A stretch of DNA of 64,000 nt from NCBI GenBank assembly GCA_036505055.1, contig DASXUE010000052.1, positions 1,239 to 65,238 of the forward strand, given 5' to 3'. Made by a program: the position numbers and the translations under genes. The notes beneath the pieces are model-generated. The model worked only from the letters and a program-made list of their open reading frames with translations, was not told the DNA's origin and did not search any database. Shown one piece after another: positions 63,030 to 64,000 of this stretch. Numbering within the stretch: the stretch's first letter is position 1; each line of letters starts with the position of its first letter. This DNA comes from Gemmatimonadales bacterium. GTDB lineage: Bacteria > Gemmatimonadota > Gemmatimonadetes > Gemmatimonadales > GWC2-71-9.

Positions 63030-64000
63030 GTGCGACACCCGCTGGCCGTCCTCCTCCTCACGATGCTCGCCGCCGCGGCCGCACCCGCGGCTCTGGCGCA
63101 GGGTTGGTGGCGGCCCGAAATCGGGATTCAGGGTGGCTTCGCCAGGTTCAAGCCGACCGGCACAGGGGCGCCCGACCACACCGATCTGTGGGACGCGCCG
63201 GGCGACGGGTCGCGATACACGGCGTTGTTCGGCATCATCCCCGTGGCGGGACGCTTGGCGATCGAACCCAGCATCAGTGCATCGCAAACTTCCGTCGTCG
63301 GTGACGCGAACGGCTTGATCGCGTTCGTGTCGACGAGCCGGGTCACCTTGGTTGTACGAGGCGATGTGGCGCTCGCCGCGGGGCTCTACGCGGCAGCCGG
63401 CGGGATGCTGCGCTACCTCGAGACCGGCGGGCTCAATCGCACCCGATTGGGCGTGGTGGCGGGGGTGGGTTATCGTGCGCCTCTGGGTGCCGGGCTGGCA
63501 GCCCGTATTGAGGCGGAGGCGATCGCCGTCCCCGGGGCGGATCGGTTCATTCCCTTCAACGTGTACGCGCTGCTCGTCGGTGTGTCGAAGGATGTCCGTG
63601 GGGCTACGCACGCGGCGACACCCAACGTGCCCGGGCGGCGCGCCGCGGCGTGGCGGCCGGCGCTCGGTCTGGCGGGAGGCTACGCGCAGAACCATTCCCG
63701 CGGGAGCATCGCGGGCCTCCCCGTCATGGCGGATCAAACGCTGCTCGCGCTCCCCGGATCCGCCGCCACAACCCCACCCGCTCTGTACGCGATCGTCCCT
63801 GTCCGGGGGCGGCTCGCCATCGAGCTGGGCGTCGACGCCCACCGCGCCCAGCAGCTCGACAGTGCCACGTTCAGTGCGCAGCTGGCCCCCCGGTTCGACG
63901 TGGCGCTGCACGGCGGCTGGTACGCCGCCGCCGGCGGGAGCCTGCGATACGTCGAGGCGACGGGGACAACGGGATTCGTGCTCTCGGGCGCGACCCTCGC
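63030..64000 (+). CDS. Secreted beta-barrel-like hypothetical protein with internal tandem duplication (partial, runs off the window)
   Basis: Not in the ORF track because there is no stop before the window end. GTG at 63030 is preceded by GGAG with 7-nt spacing. Signal peptide VRHPLAVLLLTMLAAAAAPAALAQG. Frame hand-translated with no stops to 64000. The antisense track ORF 62952..63911 was rejected. Confidence 0.6.
   Translation, partial: MRHPLAVLLLTMLAAAAAPAALAQGWWRPEIGIQGGFARFKPTGTGAPDHTDLWDAPGDGSRYTALFGIIPVAGRLAIEPSISASQTSVVGDANGLIAFVSTSRVTLVVRGDVALAAGLYAAAGGMLRYLETGGLNRTRLGVVAGVGYRAPLGAGLAARIEAEAIAVPGADRFIPFNVYALLVGVSKDVRGATHAATPNVPGRRAAAWRPALGLAGGYAQNHSRGSIAGLPVMADQTLLALPGSAATTPPALYAIVPVRGRLAIELGVDAHRAQQLDSATFSAQLAPRFDVALHGGWYAAAGGSLRYVEATGTTGFVLSGATL

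Overview
Gene-dense, high-GC (roughly 70% by eye) bacterial chromosomal segment with no sign of mobile DNA, CRISPR or rRNA. The protein repertoire suggests a Gemmatimonadota-like soil bacterium: LTD nuclease, many lipoproteins with Ig-like domains, and membrane Ser/Thr kinases with helical-repeat ectodomains. This is a low-confidence inference. I support 55 CDS (one of them partial), one tRNA-Ala(UGC), two intrinsic terminators, two CRP-type palindromes and three simple-sequence tracts. Functional blocks, left to right: (1) a muropeptide/amino-sugar rescue cluster (NamZ, NagZ, AmiE-like hydrolase, two SSF transporters, BadF-type kinase, with erpA embedded). (2) An 8-kb minus-strand array: small beta-barrel-like protein, cytoplasmic GAF/PAS histidine kinase, OmpR-type regulator, membrane CusS-like kinase, then three TonB paralogs with one ExbB and two ExbD. 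(3) A Tat-signal alpha-galactosidase plus a sugar ABC importer that lacks a binding protein and has a 346-aa N-terminal extension on one permease. (4) sodA, a DinB/YfiT protein and a 956-aa secreted LTD-LTD-nuclease. (5) Two secreted-protease operons (S9-M8-OMP-lipoprotein-barrel, and APC permease-M6-lipoprotein). (6) A four-gene operon that matches the bacterial ceramide pathway (Spt, GNAT-like bCerS candidate, SDR CerR candidate) plus a PAP2/IPC-synthase-like transferase. Next to it lie a PHM/DBH-like copper monooxygenase candidate and a GMC/Gfo oxidoreductase operon. (7) Two paralogous modules, each pairing a receptor Ser/Thr kinase with a SARP-type wHTH-BTAD-P-loop regulator (AfsK/AfsR-like logic). 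(8) A cupredoxin gene. At nucleotide level the most striking pattern is extreme compaction. Three divergent pairs of secreted-protein genes overlap head-to-head by 12-14 bp; in two pairs a well-spaced Shine-Dalgarno of one gene, and in the third a tightly spaced AGGAG, is written in the Leu codons of the partner's signal peptide. Six of seven convergent junctions overlap, three of them through a shared CTAG stop. All starts were derived by hand from the sequence and ORF track. Functions rest on recalled family motifs, not searches.
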